DNA of 64,000 bases from Cetorhinus maximus (Eukaryota): positions 84,382,001 to 84,446,000 of the forward strand of contig NC_135897.1 of the NCBI RefSeq assembly GCF_964194155.1. The letters run 5' to 3'. Made by a program: the position numbers and the translations under genes. Below the pieces are notes generated by a model, which had not been told where the DNA came from, did not search any database, and saw only the letters and a list, made by a program, of their open reading frames with translations. This document shows positions 12,468 through 25,099 of this stretch, piece by piece; position 1 is the stretch's first letter, and every line of letters starts with the position of its first letter.

Positions 12468-13501
12468 GCTGAAGAGGTTGGAACACTTTTCTCTGGAACA
12501 GAAGTGGCTGAAGAATAATCTGATAGGGATTTAAGGTTACAGAGGCATCTGACAGATTAAAAGTGGGAAAAATGCTGCTTTTTGTGCACTAGTTCAAAGC
12601 ATTAAGATTGGGGTTAAACAGTGTGATTTGAGGCAAAAAATAAAGCTCACATTTGGTGGTAATCCATAGATTATTGTCTATACTGGAACCGAGTAGAACT
12701 AGACTGAATTAGTGTGTCCTGCTCATTACAACATTTGTGGCTTGGACTGAAGCCCCTACGCCCCTTGTTCTCGGCTCCTCTCTGGAGTCCTTTGCTCTCT
12801 TCTGCTGTAACAGGAGAAACCAGAGGGTTGCAAGTGTGAGAAATGGATTTTGTGGAGAAGAAGAAAGGGCAAGATTTGTGGAGGATAACTATGAGACATG
12901 GGAGTGAGGTGGCACAAAGATAAGAGTAAGTGTGAGTGTTGGCTGGTGAAATGGGACGTGAGAAGGTGTCTGGGTAGAGGGAACGAGGGGAGCTGCAAGG
13001 TATGTTGGTGTGAGTAGTATTATATAGGAGAATGGCGGGGAAGTCAGGGTGTGGGGTTTGGCCCCCAAAAGTGTTTTGCCACTTCCTCGCCCTCCTGAGG
13101 TCCTGGACCCTCTTACGACGTTGTCTTCAGGTTTGAGGGATCACACTCCTGGTGCAGACTTCCTCAGCCTCTTCCATTCACTCCTGCTTGGTCGGTGAGG
13201 TTGGCCTTATCTTTCCCTGGGATGGGAGAGACTACCTCGGTGCACTTCCTCAGATGCAACAGTAGGTCCTCCAGGTAAGATTCTAAGACCCAAAGGGGCA
13301 GCCTTCCCAGGTCTCCTTTCCTGTTCTGTAATGGTTGGAGCACCAGGAATCAATATATACTTCAGTCATTCTGACCCCTGTCAGAGTCCCTTTAACTAGA
13401 AATTGTTCCTTTGATAGATTTGGTGCATCATCCTGTCCATTATGACACAGCCAATGGTAAAGTCTGAGTTGTTCAAATCCCGGAGGGAAACTTGAGACAA
13501 C

Positions 13502-14960
13502 TGTCATAACCTATTTTTGCAATTTGTATGTTTTGTTCTGTAGGCTTTGAATTCAGCAGTAATAAGACCACAGAGTCTCGAGAGTTTTTTTTATAAAACT
13601 AAATTAAACATTTATCAATACAAGACAGATTGTAAGCACGTACATATGTCTGCAAAATTAGTACTATAATAACTACAAAAATCTCCTAATTAATCTGACT
13701 CTCAGTCCCCCCCCCCCCCCCGCCCCCCACCATGTTAAGGCACCAAGAAAACACACAGATTTAAACAGACCCCTGGCAAAGCATACTCTGGACATTTGCA
13801 TTCAAAATGAGTTTCTTTCAGCACTGGGTCCTTGTAGATAGACTCGAGGCTTACAGGCTGGAGGCCAACCTAAATTGCTTGGCGTAATCGGGTACTGTCA
13901 AAACTGGTGTCGCAGTTAATAGTTTTCAAACTACCAAATGCCTTCTGACACTCCTGTGTCTATTGAAACTTGTTGTTCTTTTATTTATTTTGCTTCAGTG
14001 AGTTGAGCAACCACACTGCTCAGATTTGATACAAATTTCCAATAAAACCCATTCATACCCAGAAATCTCAAAACTTCTTGTTTTGTTATAGGCATTGGGA
14101 AATCCATAATAGCCTTAACTTTCATATCCCTCAGAGCCACCTTACCATGTCCAGTGTTATAGCCTAGATATGTGACTTAGGCTTTTGCAAGTTCACTTTT
14201 AGCCAAGTTCATCACCAAATTAGCTTCTTGTAATTGAGTAAATAACTCCTCCAGATGTTGTGGATGCTCATCCCACGTCTGACTGAAAACTATTAAGTCA
14301 TCAATATAAACAGCACACTTGCTTAGACCTGCAATTACTTTGTTTCAGTCTTTGAAATGTCGCAGGTGCATTCTTTATACCAAATTACATGACTTTAAAT
14401 TGATATAGTCCATTTGGCATCACAAAAGCTGATATTTCCTTTGCTCTTTCCGACAACGGTACCTGCCAATATCCCTTTAGCATGTCAATCTTTGTGATAA
14501 ATTTCGATTGTCCCACTTTCTCAATATAATCCCCCAACCATCGTATCGGATATGAATCCATTTTTGTCACCACATTCACCTTTCGATGGTCCGCACACAG
14601 TCTTTGTGTTCCATCCAGTTTCGGTACCAGTACAATAGGTGAACTCCAGTTACTGCAACTAGACTCAATGATATCATTTTGAAGCATGAAGTCAATTTCT
14701 TTCTATACTTGTGACAACTTTACCAGATTTAATCGATAAGGATGTTGCATTACCGAAGATGAAACTTCTACAGATACATCATATATAGCTAAGTCTGCCC
14801 TTCCCCAACTTTTTTTCCACAAATAGCTTTGTATGACTGCAATAGCTTTCCCAAATCACACTGACACTTGTCTGGAAGGTAACTCAATGTTATGTTAAAG
14901 TTTTCAAGTACCGCCTCCTTATCCAATTTGATCAGAAGAAAATCAATTTCAGAATCCTGC
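13502..14960 (-). mobile_element. Ty3/Gypsy LTR retrotransposon fragment (RT plus probable LTR part)
   Basis: IIESSCSNWSSPIVLVPK.DG..RLC.D.RKVN, KIDMLKGYWQVPL, VYIDD at about 14297-14311, FLGM.GFY. Stops and frameshifts present. Confidence 0.88.
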
Positions 14961-14964
14961 AAAT

Positions 14965-15330
14965 GGCCTAGTAGGGGTGGGATGAGGGGAGAGGACGGAG
15001 TGGGAGAAAATATTGAAATAGGCTAAAAGGTGGGGATAAAACAATGATTGGAAATACATTTTAAAAATAACAATAATAGAAATAAGTGGGAAAAAAAATA
15101 TATAAAAATTTAAAAATAAATATTTGAAAAAAGGGGATCGAAAAGGGGTCAGGATGGGGGAGAGAGTTCACGATCTGAAGTTGTTGAACTCATTGTTAAG
15201 TCCGGAAGGCTGTAGAGTGTCTAGTTGGAAGATGAGGTGCTGTTCCTCCAGTTTGCATTGAGCTTCACTGGAACATTGCAGCAAGGATGGACATGTGGGC
15301 ATGAGAGCAGGGTGGAGTGTTGAAATGGCA
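14965..15330 (-). mobile_element. Penelope-like element, GIY-YIG C-terminus and 3' region
   Basis: LLQCSSEAQCKLEEQHLIFQLDTLQPSGLNNEFNNFR. Confidence 0.8.
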
Positions 15331-16499
15331 AGCTTGTGGACGTTGGAATCCACTTGGGGTAAGTCGGAGACGGAGTTAGTCACTGAGGAAGGACATATGG
15401 CCGTGAAAGCGAGTTTTAGTAAACACCTTGTCAAGCACCAGGAGAGAAATGGAAAACAATGAAGGTGAACAGGGCAATTTTCTTAGTTGTAATATTTTTC
15501 TGCCACTATTCCAAGCAGAGCAGGGAGTTCTTGTGGTATCTTGGCCAATTTATGCTTCCACATCCAATATCTTTCACTTTATAAAGCGTTTATTATTTCC
15601 CTTTTTTATCACTCATTCATGCTCCTTTTTGCCTTTCTATATAGATCAGCTGGCTGTTGATCTCATCTGATTATGATGGGATCTTTTGTCCAAATCTGCT
15701 ACCGCGTTTACCCTCAAAACGTTGGTTATTGCATGTCATTGGTTCTTTGAGATGTCACGGGAATAAGATGAGGCGCTAGTTAAATTCACATTCCTACTTG
15801 TCCCCTCCTTTCTAGGAAAGAGGAATTACTGTATGACTAATGTGAGGAACTATAGTATCCTTTCTTGAGCTTTCAGTCAGCTGATTTCACTCTTTGCACA
15901 GTAGCTTCTTGTTTTATAGGACTGAACTCAGATGGCACCGTGTGTTAGAAAAGTAAGGAAGTGACTTTTATGCTTTCTGCAATCGGAATTGTAAAGGTAA
16001 CGTGAGGAGAATATGTTCAATGTAAAACGTTGAACAAGAGACGATTAAACAAGACACTCGATGTGTTCCCACACTGGGATGCACAAAAGGTGACATGTCT
16101 TGGCTGAATAGAAAAAAGAAAGTGAGACTTGGGTTAATAATGCAAAAGAAAATAGAGCACAGAAAATGGTGGCAAAACATATAGAAAGGCAAAAAGGAGC
16201 ATGAACAAGTGATAAAAATGGGAAATAATAAAGGCTTTTATAAGCACTATATAAATTGAATGAATAATTACAGGCAGCAGGAAGGGTCAATTAAGGAGAA
16301 AGCCAAGTTGCCTTTGGAGGATGAAGGAGTGATCAAATGATTACACCGTGTCAGTTTTCATAGAATAATGTAATGGAAATGAACAGGTGCAAGTGCAACT
16401 GTTTAAAAAAAAACTAATAGGATAACGCCAATAGCATGGGCATGACAGGCTGAATGATGGCCTCTATGCTGTGTCATTGCATAAGTTTCTGGTGTGGGA

Positions 16500-16960
16500 A
16501 ACTTTATTAAAAAAATGTTAAAATGGGCTTTTGTTACATGGAGACATTGGAGATTCTGGGGCTCTTCTCTTTAGAACAGAAATGGTTAAGGGAACATGTA
16601 GTAGGGGTGTTCAGTATCATGAATGGTTTTGTTAGAGCAAGTAAAGAGAAATGGTTTGCAGTTGCCAAAGGGCTGTTGACCAGAGGACTCAGATTAATGA
16701 TCATTGGCAAAAGCACCAGAGGTGAAACGAGGATCCTTTTCCTTTTGCACAGTGAGTTATTATGATCCACAATGCACTGACTGAAGAGGTGGGTGGAACC
16801 AGATCCAGTGACAGCAGTCAAAAGAAGGGAATTGGATAAATACTTGAAGGAAAAAGGTTACAGAGTTCCGGGGAATGGGACTAATTGATTAAGTCTTCCA
16901 ATGAGCTGGCACAGGCTTGCTTGGCCAAATAGGCTCCTCCTGTAATTCCATGATTCTATA
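16500..16960 (+). mobile_element. Decayed CR1 3' fragment
   Basis: LGLFSLEQKWLR..., KGLLTRG; CR1-type tail. Confidence 0.7.
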
Positions 16961-18007
16961 AGCGGCACCCAAACAGATATTAAAATGCTGAAGAAAGATG
17001 GTAAGACAGACTGTTCACATATATATAACTGTGTCGTGGAATGCTGATGAAGATGTAGAATAGTTTGCCCAGTTGCCTGGAGGAGGAAGACGATAGCCTG
17101 GATTTTGCAGTGGAAATGAGGGTGAAGCAGTCAGCGTTCACTATCATTACTCCTCTGAAACTGAAGCAACTCCTTGCGCCTGTGCGTGCACGGTTAAATG
17201 CGGAAATCCAGAAGTTGTCGTCAGTGATTCTGTGCTTGCCCATAGGGTGCGCTGCTGAGATCCTTCAGAATACAGTCAATTAGAAATCACTGAACTGATG
17301 AGAACTCCTATGTTCTTAGTCTCACTGTAAAAAGGCTTGATAAAGTTACACCTTGTTGAATGAGGTGTAATGGCATTTTCAATGGCACGTTTAGTTCACA
17401 ATTGCTACTAAACAGCCTCACTGGCTGTTATAATTGTTAAATGTCATATTTCTGCCGTATGATAAAAACATTTTGTAATTTTTAAAAAGATTTATGTGAT
17501 ACTTGAGCTTTTACCTTAATCTCATGTGTGTCCCAATCATTTATTTCACTATCTGTAACATAATATTGAAAAATTGAATGTGAAGGGATTCAGTAGTTTT
17601 TACTTGCTATTTTGCTGTCTGTGGGAATATTTTAACATGAATGGCTGCTTATCCTGCTTGATTACATCACTATGGCTGGATTTCTGGAGATCCCTGTGTC
17701 TTGGCATGAGATTCAAACCAATGTCAGGAAAGGGGAAAACCATGCCCCGTTGCTAAATCTTTGTGGGCAGCTTTCTTTGAGGTCAACGGTCTGTGCCCTG
17801 CTTCACTATTGATCATCAGATCAAGTCTAATGTAGAATAAAAGCAAGAAAGGATTGGAAAGATATTTGAGAATATGGGCAATTGCATGGGTAATTATTTT
17901 TGAGATTTGCATGGTAGACTGCAGCTTTTTGTGGTTCTGTATTTTCTTGTGTTCCATCGGGTCTGTTGGGCACCCAGTGATCACATGGACCAGGCTCTCT
18001 TCCTCTT

Positions 18008-18772
18008 AGAATGGTTACAGTATAGAAGGGGAACATTCAGCCCATTGTGTCTTTGTCAGCTTCCTGCAAGAGCAACTCACCAAGTTCCACTCCCCTGCCT
18101 TTTCCCCATAGCCCTGCAATTTTTTTTCTATTCAGATAACTTTCCAATTCTCTTTGTAAACTCTTGGTTGAATCTGTCTCCATTACACTCTCAGGGAGTG
18201 CCTTCCAGATCCCAACTGCTCACCATGTTTAAAAAAAAAGGTTTTCCTCATGTCATCGTTTTTTTTTGCCAATCACTTTAAATCTGTTCTTGACCCTTCT
18301 GTCAGCGGGAACACTTTTTCTCCCCATCTACTCTGTCCAGACCCTTCATGATTTGAAAAATCCCTATCAAATCTCCACTTAATTTTTTCTTCTCAAAGGA
18401 GAGCAGCTGCAGCTTCTCCAATCCATGTAGCCAAGTTCCTCATCCCTGAACTATTCTCAAAAATCTTTGCTGTACCCTCTCTAATGCCCTCACATCCTTC
18501 CCAAAGTGCGGTGCCCAGACCTGCACACAATATTCTAGCTGAGGCAAATCAGGGTTTTTATACATGTTCATTGTAACTTCCTTTTGTACTCTATGGCTCA
18601 ATATATAAAGCCCAGGATCCCACATGCTTTATTAACTGCTTTCTAACCTGTCCTGCCACCTTCAGTAATTTGTGTACATGTACATCCAGATTCCTCCTTC
18701 TGCGCCCCCTTTAGAATTGTACCTTTTATTTTGCCGCTTTTTGTCCTTCCTACCAAAATGAATTGCTTCACA
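18008..18772 (-). mobile_element. Decayed CR1 3' fragment
   Basis: PQLEYCVQVWAPHFGKDVRALERVQQRF. Confidence 0.85.
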
Positions 18773-19449
18773 CTTCTTTTTTCTATCTGATGTTACAGCA
18801 GTTATGCACTATATCTTTGAAAGCCTCGGATGTGGTTGAGGACCAAGTGAAAGAAGTTCTAAATTACAAATATGGTCAACATTTGTCAAACCCATTGGTG
18901 AAATATCTCAAGTTTCCCCGCAGCAGTCAATGGAAATACACAAAATTGCATAAGTTCTCTGCCAACGAAAGTAAATTACAGTCAACCATCAGACAAACCT
19001 TAAACATGTTACTTGTTCCAGTTGTTGAGCTTTCAAAATATGAAGCTTTATTAGTAGGCTGTTAATTGTGGATTTAACAGAATTACTTCAGCTCAAATTA
19101 GAGAGCCTCAAAGGGGAATAAAGGGCAGAAGAAACACATTTGGTTTTGGACTTGATTTCCAGAAAAATGGATCACTATTGTGTGGACAAATTTCATGGAA
19201 GAAATTCTGTGACTGACTGTGTAATAATGGAATCATGTGTGCTAGGGAGAGAAACCAAATCAAATACTTGAAGCGACACAATAGTTCTGATGCATCCATT
19301 GTGTTGGATGTGGAGTCCAACAGCGAGTTCTTACCCGCTGGGTGACATCTCTCTCTGCCTCTGTCTTGTCAAAACGTAAATACTGAAGCAGTTTAAAATG
19401 TTGGCTTTTTGTAAAAAAAACAAATGTGTCAGGAGATTGAGTAATGGTA

Positions 19450-19638
19450 AAAACAAAAAAACTGCAGATGCTGGAAATCCAAACCAAAAACAGAAACAGA
19501 AATACCTGGAAAAACTCAGCAGGCCTGGCAGCATCGGCGGAGAAGAGCACAGGTGAAAACGAAACGTCAACTGTGTTCTTCTCCGCCGATGCTGCCAGAC
19601 CTGCTGAGTTTTTCCAGGTATTTCTGTTCCTGTTTTTG
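19450..19638. repeat. Penelope-terminus inverted repeat (72-bp arms, 10-nt loop)
   Basis: 19485-19556 is the reverse complement of 19567-19638 with 4 mismatches. The sequence matches Penelope ends at 42140-42225 and 53760-53840. Confidence 0.9.
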
Positions 19639-19957
19639 ATTGAGTAATGGTAATTGATGCTCAATCAATTGTTAAATTTAAATCTGAAATTGCTAGATTT
19701 TTGTTAACCAAAGGTATTAAGGGACATGGGGTAAAGTTGGGTATGTGAAGTTAGGTCACAGATCAGCCATGATCTAATTGAATGGCAGAAAAGGCTCGAG
19801 GACTAAATGGCACACTTCTATTTCTATGTTTCATGGTTGGGCATGACTTACGGTTGGTCAACTTGCATGTGGTCTTTTGAGGAAGTGACCTTTATGGGCC
19901 CAGTGCACTGGGGGATTAAACTCAGATCCTCTCGCTGCTGATGTGAAAATGTATGGA

Positions 19958-20995
19958 TTAATTGAGTACATTATGTGATGCATTAGCAGGGACAGAAATA
20001 TCATTGAGGGGTAAATCCTTTGCTTTTTTACCCAGGCCCAACTTTGATCTAAATGCCTTGCAAAACAGAAAGTAGATCACTGGATCAAAGCATGAGTTAA
20101 GCGTTGACAGTAAGAGGGAAGATTCCTTAGCGTAATACAAAATCTTTTTCCAGTGGCAGTCCAGAATGGAGTTTGTCTGGCTTAAAACATAAGCAAGTCT
20201 TATGGTGTGGTAAGGCACGAAGCAAACCAAGAACACGACAAACAGGATTAGAATATTGTTCTTTGCCTTGGCTTGCTTTCCCAGTGACTGTGTACAAGGA
20301 GACCGGCGGAGTTGTCTTGAAATCTGGAAGTAAAAGAAGCCAAGTCCAACTAACACACACACAAATATGATCAGGCCAATAATGTGGGTAAATGTGTACA
20401 CAACCTGTTGCTTTTCAACTTGTATGCAGACCTGAGAGTTTTGTGGCACTGTCTGACTTTCCATATTTATTAAAAGCATAAAGAGGCTTCCAAAGAGGAG
20501 GAGGACACCCCAAGTTCCCAGAGAGAGAAGCTTGGCAGCCTTCAGATTTTGAAATGCATATACTTGGAGCGGTCTGACGATTTTCAGGTATCTGGTGGCT
20601 CCAATATACCCTAGAAAGAAAATACTGGAGTAGATGTTCAAATAGAAGATGCACGCTAAAAAATTGCAGTAAATTCTGTTCACGGATGATGTGGAGCTCG
20701 AGTCACTGACTCTGAGGATTTTTACCGGTAGTGATAGGACCAGGAGGAAATCAGCTATGACCAGGTTCTTCAAATAGACTATAATGGCATTGTTGCTGGG
20801 GATGTGACAGAAGTACACCCAAAATGCTAGGCTGTTGAGAATGAATCCAGTTATACAAATAAATGTATAGGCAGTAACAGTAAATATTGTGAAGCCTTTT
20901 GAAAAGTAAACACAAGTGGAGTCGCTGTGATTGTTTGCCATGCTTGTGTAGTTTGTTCTACCCCCACTTGCGTAGATTTCTGTAGACGTATCCAT
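19958..20995 (-). CDS. P2Y14/GPR87-group class A GPCR, ATRY-type paralogue B (345 aa)
   Basis: Intact ORF clearly paralogous to 7365-8441 (ILNSLAFWVYFCH, YLKNLVIADFLLVLSLP, GATRYLKI, KQAKAKNNILIL, CFVPYHTIR, KESSL, CFDPVIYFLFCKAFRSKLGL). Good ccATGg context; acceptor 8 nt upstream. Confidence 0.93.
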   Translation of the reverse strand: MDTSTEIYASGGRTNYTSMANNHSDSTCVYFSKGFTIFTVTAYTFICITGFILNSLAFWVYFCHIPSNNAIIVYLKNLVIADFLLVLSLPVKILRVSDSSSTSSVNRIYCNFLACIFYLNIYSSIFFLGYIGATRYLKIVRPLQVYAFQNLKAAKLLSLGTWGVLLLFGSLFMLLINMESQTVPQNSQVCIQVEKQQVVYTFTHIIGLIIFVCVLVGLGFFYFQISRQLRRSPCTQSLGKQAKAKNNILILFVVFLVCFVPYHTIRLAYVLSQTNSILDCHWKKILYYAKESSLLLSTLNSCFDPVIYFLFCKAFRSKLGLGKKAKDLPLNDISVPANASHNVLN

Positions 20996-21184
20996 GGAAG
21001 CATCTGAGGGTTGGTGGTAGAGCCAATTAGTTGGTCAGCCTCTGATTTTTGCCGCAATAACATCCAGTGAAATAAATGCCAATATGGTTTTTGTTCAGAC
21101 TGTGTTCCTGTCTGCTGCTAGAACCAAAACAAAAGTGACAAAGAGTTGTGACAGATACTGCATGTTAAAACAGGGATCTCAGTT

Positions 21185-21500
21185 TTGAGCTCCCAAGCCC
21201 ACGACCCCTACCACCTAGAAGGACCAGGGCAGCAGATGCTTGGGAACACCACCACCTGCAAGTCCCCCTCCAAGCCGCACCCTACCCTGACTTGGAAATA
21301 TATTGCCGTTCCTTCACTGTCGCTGGTTCAAATTCCTGGAACTCCCTTCCTAGCAGCACTGTGGGTGTACCTACGCCTCAGATGGACTGCAGCGGTTCAA
21401 GAAGGTGACTCAGCACCACCTTCTCAAGGGAAATTTGGGATGGGCAACAAATACTGGCCTAGCCAGCAATGCTCATATCCCGTGAAAGAATGAAAAGAAA
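21185..21500 (+). mobile_element. Family B LINE 3' end
   Basis: ctagaaggaccagggcagcagatgcttgggaacaccacc... and the family B tail. Confidence 0.85.
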
Positions 21501-23800
21501 ATCGGCCATTATTTATAACACATTTTATTTGCCAAACCTGCAATTGCGATGTTACAAACGGCAGATTCTTCAAATATTTAAATTATGATCATTTTCTGGT
21601 GTTCAATTTATAACCAATTCAGGGGAATTTTTTTTTTTTACAGTTTTTTATCTCCTCATTTAAAAAAGTAATTGGAGGTACGCTTGAAGTGCCGTAACCT
21701 GCCAGGCTACAGACCAAGTGCTGGAGAGCAGGATTAGGCTCACTGGCTACTTCTTGGCTGGTATGGACAAGTTGGGCCAAGTGATCTTCTTCTGTGCTGT
21801 AACGTTCCAAGATTCTATGATTAAAAAATGATGTGGACTGCCTGTTCGGTACTGAGCTGTACAGACCAGAAAGGCACCAGAGTCGGGGTTTGCTCTGTGA
21901 TGAGTAAATTGATCCACACAGGGGTGCAACTGGACACTACAGTCAGCCTCAGTGACTTTGGACAAGGGAGGAGTAAAATCGCAGAAGGTGTAAGTTGGGT
22001 AAGGATGTGATTAGGCTTGCACTCCATTATTGATGAGGCTACCAAACTTCACTGTCCAACCTCATGTGAAGAATTACTATTTGCAAGAGCTATTGGAGAA
22101 CAGCATGAAGCCATCAAACCACCCTTAGCAAGAGACTGAAGGAGTGGTGGAAGATCATTCACTAGCCACTTTCCAAAAGGTCTTGGATAAGTACCTAGCG
22201 GAAAAATTGCAGGGTTATGAGGAAAGACAAGGGGATTGTGACTAAACAGATAGCTTTTGCATAGTGATAGGGTAGACACGATGGACTGAATGGCTACTTT
22301 CTCTGCTGCAAGAATCAATTTCCTGCTGACTTGAAGATGCTGAGAACGTGGGAAACGTAACTGCTCTTCTGTAGAAAAGCCATCTACTAATTCTCAGAAC
22401 GCTTTTTGCTTGTATTTAACCTTGCAAAGAAAACTTTAAAAAAAAGTTGGTCTAACCAAAGTTAGCCCTCAACTTCCTCCCCTCTGGTGTTCATGAGTTT
22501 GCAGATGAAGTTGTAAAAGGGAACATATCTTCTATTGCTGTTGCAGATCCCACATAACGAACAGAGAACCACACAAGGAGTGTATGTTGGACACAGGGCT
22601 GTATAACACTGTAACCCTGGTTCCCTGACCCAACTTCCCATGCAAATCTGTATGGGCATGAGCCAAAATAGGACTGGTATGGAGCAGCTTTTCTGATGTT
22701 AACATGGGCTGAAGAAGTGAATTATTCAAACAGAATCAAACTACATTTTAGACATTTCTGAACCCTCACTCTAAGAAATGAACTGTGAAGTTGCAAATTA
22801 GAATGCCGACAATCCTGAGCATCTGGCTTCTTAATCGCTCGCTTTTTCTGTTCCTGTCCTTTATCCTCCTTTTTTCTGAACACCTGCGCACTGTTCCTCA
22901 GCCAAGGGGGTGAGTTTGTAGATCCTCTCCATGAGACTCATTAAGCGACTCATTTATTGCAGAGTACAGTAAAGTAGGTCTCAGCTAGGCTAATTATAGA
23001 CCGCAGCTAGACCCGGAGCATTTACACAAGTCTCAGCCGATGAATCACTGAGTACATTAACTCCACCAGAAGGTGGGTGAACGTACACTATGGCTAAACC
23101 GTTCACAACTCATGCATGCAAAGCTTGGCTTCCTCTTCAAAAATTATTTTTAATCATGATAGGCTTGTGCTCTCACTTCCCAAGGTTTTAAAATGGAGAG
23201 CAACAGGTTATCAGATGGTATAAATAAAGTGTGTTTTTGATCAAGAATTAAGGATTTTCTTTGAGCGACAGCGAAGGGAAGAATCAACTTAAAATCCTAA
23301 GTGGTAGCTGGGATTGTACTTTGACATTCACCTCGATGAATAATGGCCTGCGACCTGGATTCCCAAGCGCAGCCCATTATCATGATAAACCTGAAAGCAA
23401 TGCTGAGTCAAAGTAGCACGTTACTGAATTTCTGAAATTGTTGCATTCTTTAACTGGTTCACTACTGTCTGCTGCCGTCACTTTATAACTTAAAACTTAT
23501 AGTTAATAGATTTTCCATAGCAGTTTGAGTTTTCTGAAAAGTTTGACTATTTCACCAGCTGTCGGAGAAGGGTGATAACAGAAAAATATTGGAAATACAC
23601 AGCACAGTGTCCATCAGCAGCTGGAAAGACTGATTAACATCTGGGTGATTCACCATGATGGCGAAGGGTCCCTGTGTGAAATATTTATTTTCTTTAGCCG
23701 AATGTTAGTCAATCTGCTGTACCTGCAGCATTTTCTTCCGTTGTTTCTACTCCAGCTTTTCAACACTCTTTCGGCATCCTTTTTTTCCTCTTCTCTCAGG

Positions 23801-23890
23801 CTTACCTGGACATGTTAGCAGATTTCTGAAGAAAGGAATGTTGTATTCAGTTCAATGGGCACATAGAACTTCAGCTGAAGTTTTTTTTTT
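23801..23890 (-). other. Candidate 5' non-coding exon of paralogue B
   Basis: Strong minus-strand donor CAG|GTAAG (23808-23801) in non-repetitive sequence 2.8 kb upstream of the CDS. Exon start unknown. Confidence 0.3.
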
Positions 23891-24505
23891 AAAAACGGGG
23901 AACCTGGCGGTGTTTCTACCTCTTGGAAGAAACCCTTCAGTTTGTGGCTGTTCGCATCAGAATCTGTACCAAGGCATGCAGAAATTTAACGAACAAAAAC
24001 CACCGCTATGTCTTTAATCTATTATCAAACCCATTCAAGTGCAATCTCCTTGTTTTGTGGCAACGAGTTGCAAGAAACAGCTTTCTGTTTTACAGCACAG
24101 TGAACCGTGCTGCTGTTCAGTCTCAAACCCTGTTTGCATCCAATCCGACATGTTAAATAAAATGTCACTAGTCATATTCCTGTTTTGTCAAATAGCAAAT
24201 TGTTTGGACAAAATGTTCAGCGTTAGTTTTGCACATGACAAAATAAAAACGTAGACGTGTAGCAATTATAATCAGAATATTACATTAAGTGGTACTTACT
24301 GAAGTTTTGATACCTGGTTTGTTCACGTTGCTGAATTGATTGCTGTGCATACAAGACAAAGTGCCTCTCTTCCTATTGGTCACTCTGCTAGTCAGGTTAG
24401 CTGATCATAATTTCCTGCCACAGCTAAGGCCAGGAAGTCAATTTCTGTGGGCACGTATTATAACTTAGTCGTATTCGATCATTTCGAGAAATACTCTTAA
24501 ATTCG

Positions 24506-24997
24506 GGGAGATGTTGGCAGAGTGGTAATGTCACTGGCCTAGAAATCCAGTGGCCCAGGTTAATGCTCTCGGGATAAAAGCAAAATACTGCAGATGCTGG
24601 AAATGACTTGGGTTGAAATCCCATCATGGCAGCTGGCTGAATTTGAACTGAATTTAAACTCGATTAAGTAATGCATTTGATTAATTTTGAAAATCTGGAA
24701 ATTAAAATAGTCTTAGTAATGGTGACCATGAAACTAGCGGCGATTGTTGTAAAAATCCAGCTGATTCACTAATGTCCTTCAGGGAAATCTGTCCTGTACC
24801 TGGTCTGGCCTGACTCCAAACCCAATGTGGTTGACTCTTAACTTTCCTCTGAAATGGCCTAGCAAGCCACTCAGCTGTACAAAACCACTACAGAATGGAC
24901 TGTAGCGATTCAGGAAAGTGGCTTCTCAAGGGCAAATAGCGACGGGCTAAAAATACTGGCCTCACTAGCGCTGCTCACATCCCATGAAAGAATACAT
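24506..24997 (+). mobile_element. tRNA-derived SINE with a family B LINE-like tail
   Basis: A-box-like ggcagagtggtaa, B-box-like ggttgaaatccc, body tggtctggcct...gtggttgactcttaac, tail ...cacatcccatgaaagaata. Confidence 0.75.
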
Positions 24998-25099
24998 GAA
25001 AAGAAGTTTGGTGGAATAGGACACTTGATGTTGCCCTGAAATGGAATGACTTGTGCTCACTAATTCCCCGAGTTTATCATACAAAGTTATATTGCTACA

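Larger units (their letters stand above)
9786..13358. repeat. Segmental duplicate (copy B), expanded by RTE and LINE insertions at about 11040-12465
   Basis: Same anchors as 1-2405 in the same order. The shared CR1 remnant is split at about 11040 and resumes at about 12468. Confidence 0.9.

Noticed and set aside
19260-19664. ORFs with repeated KNRNRNTWKNSAGLAASAEK peptides on both strands
   Set aside because: They are an artefact of the Penelope inverted repeat.
23775-23900. Strong plus-strand acceptor (ttttttcctcttctctcag) as a MED12L exon
   Set aside because: No frame gives a peptide I recognise, two frames stop quickly, and there is no clear donor.
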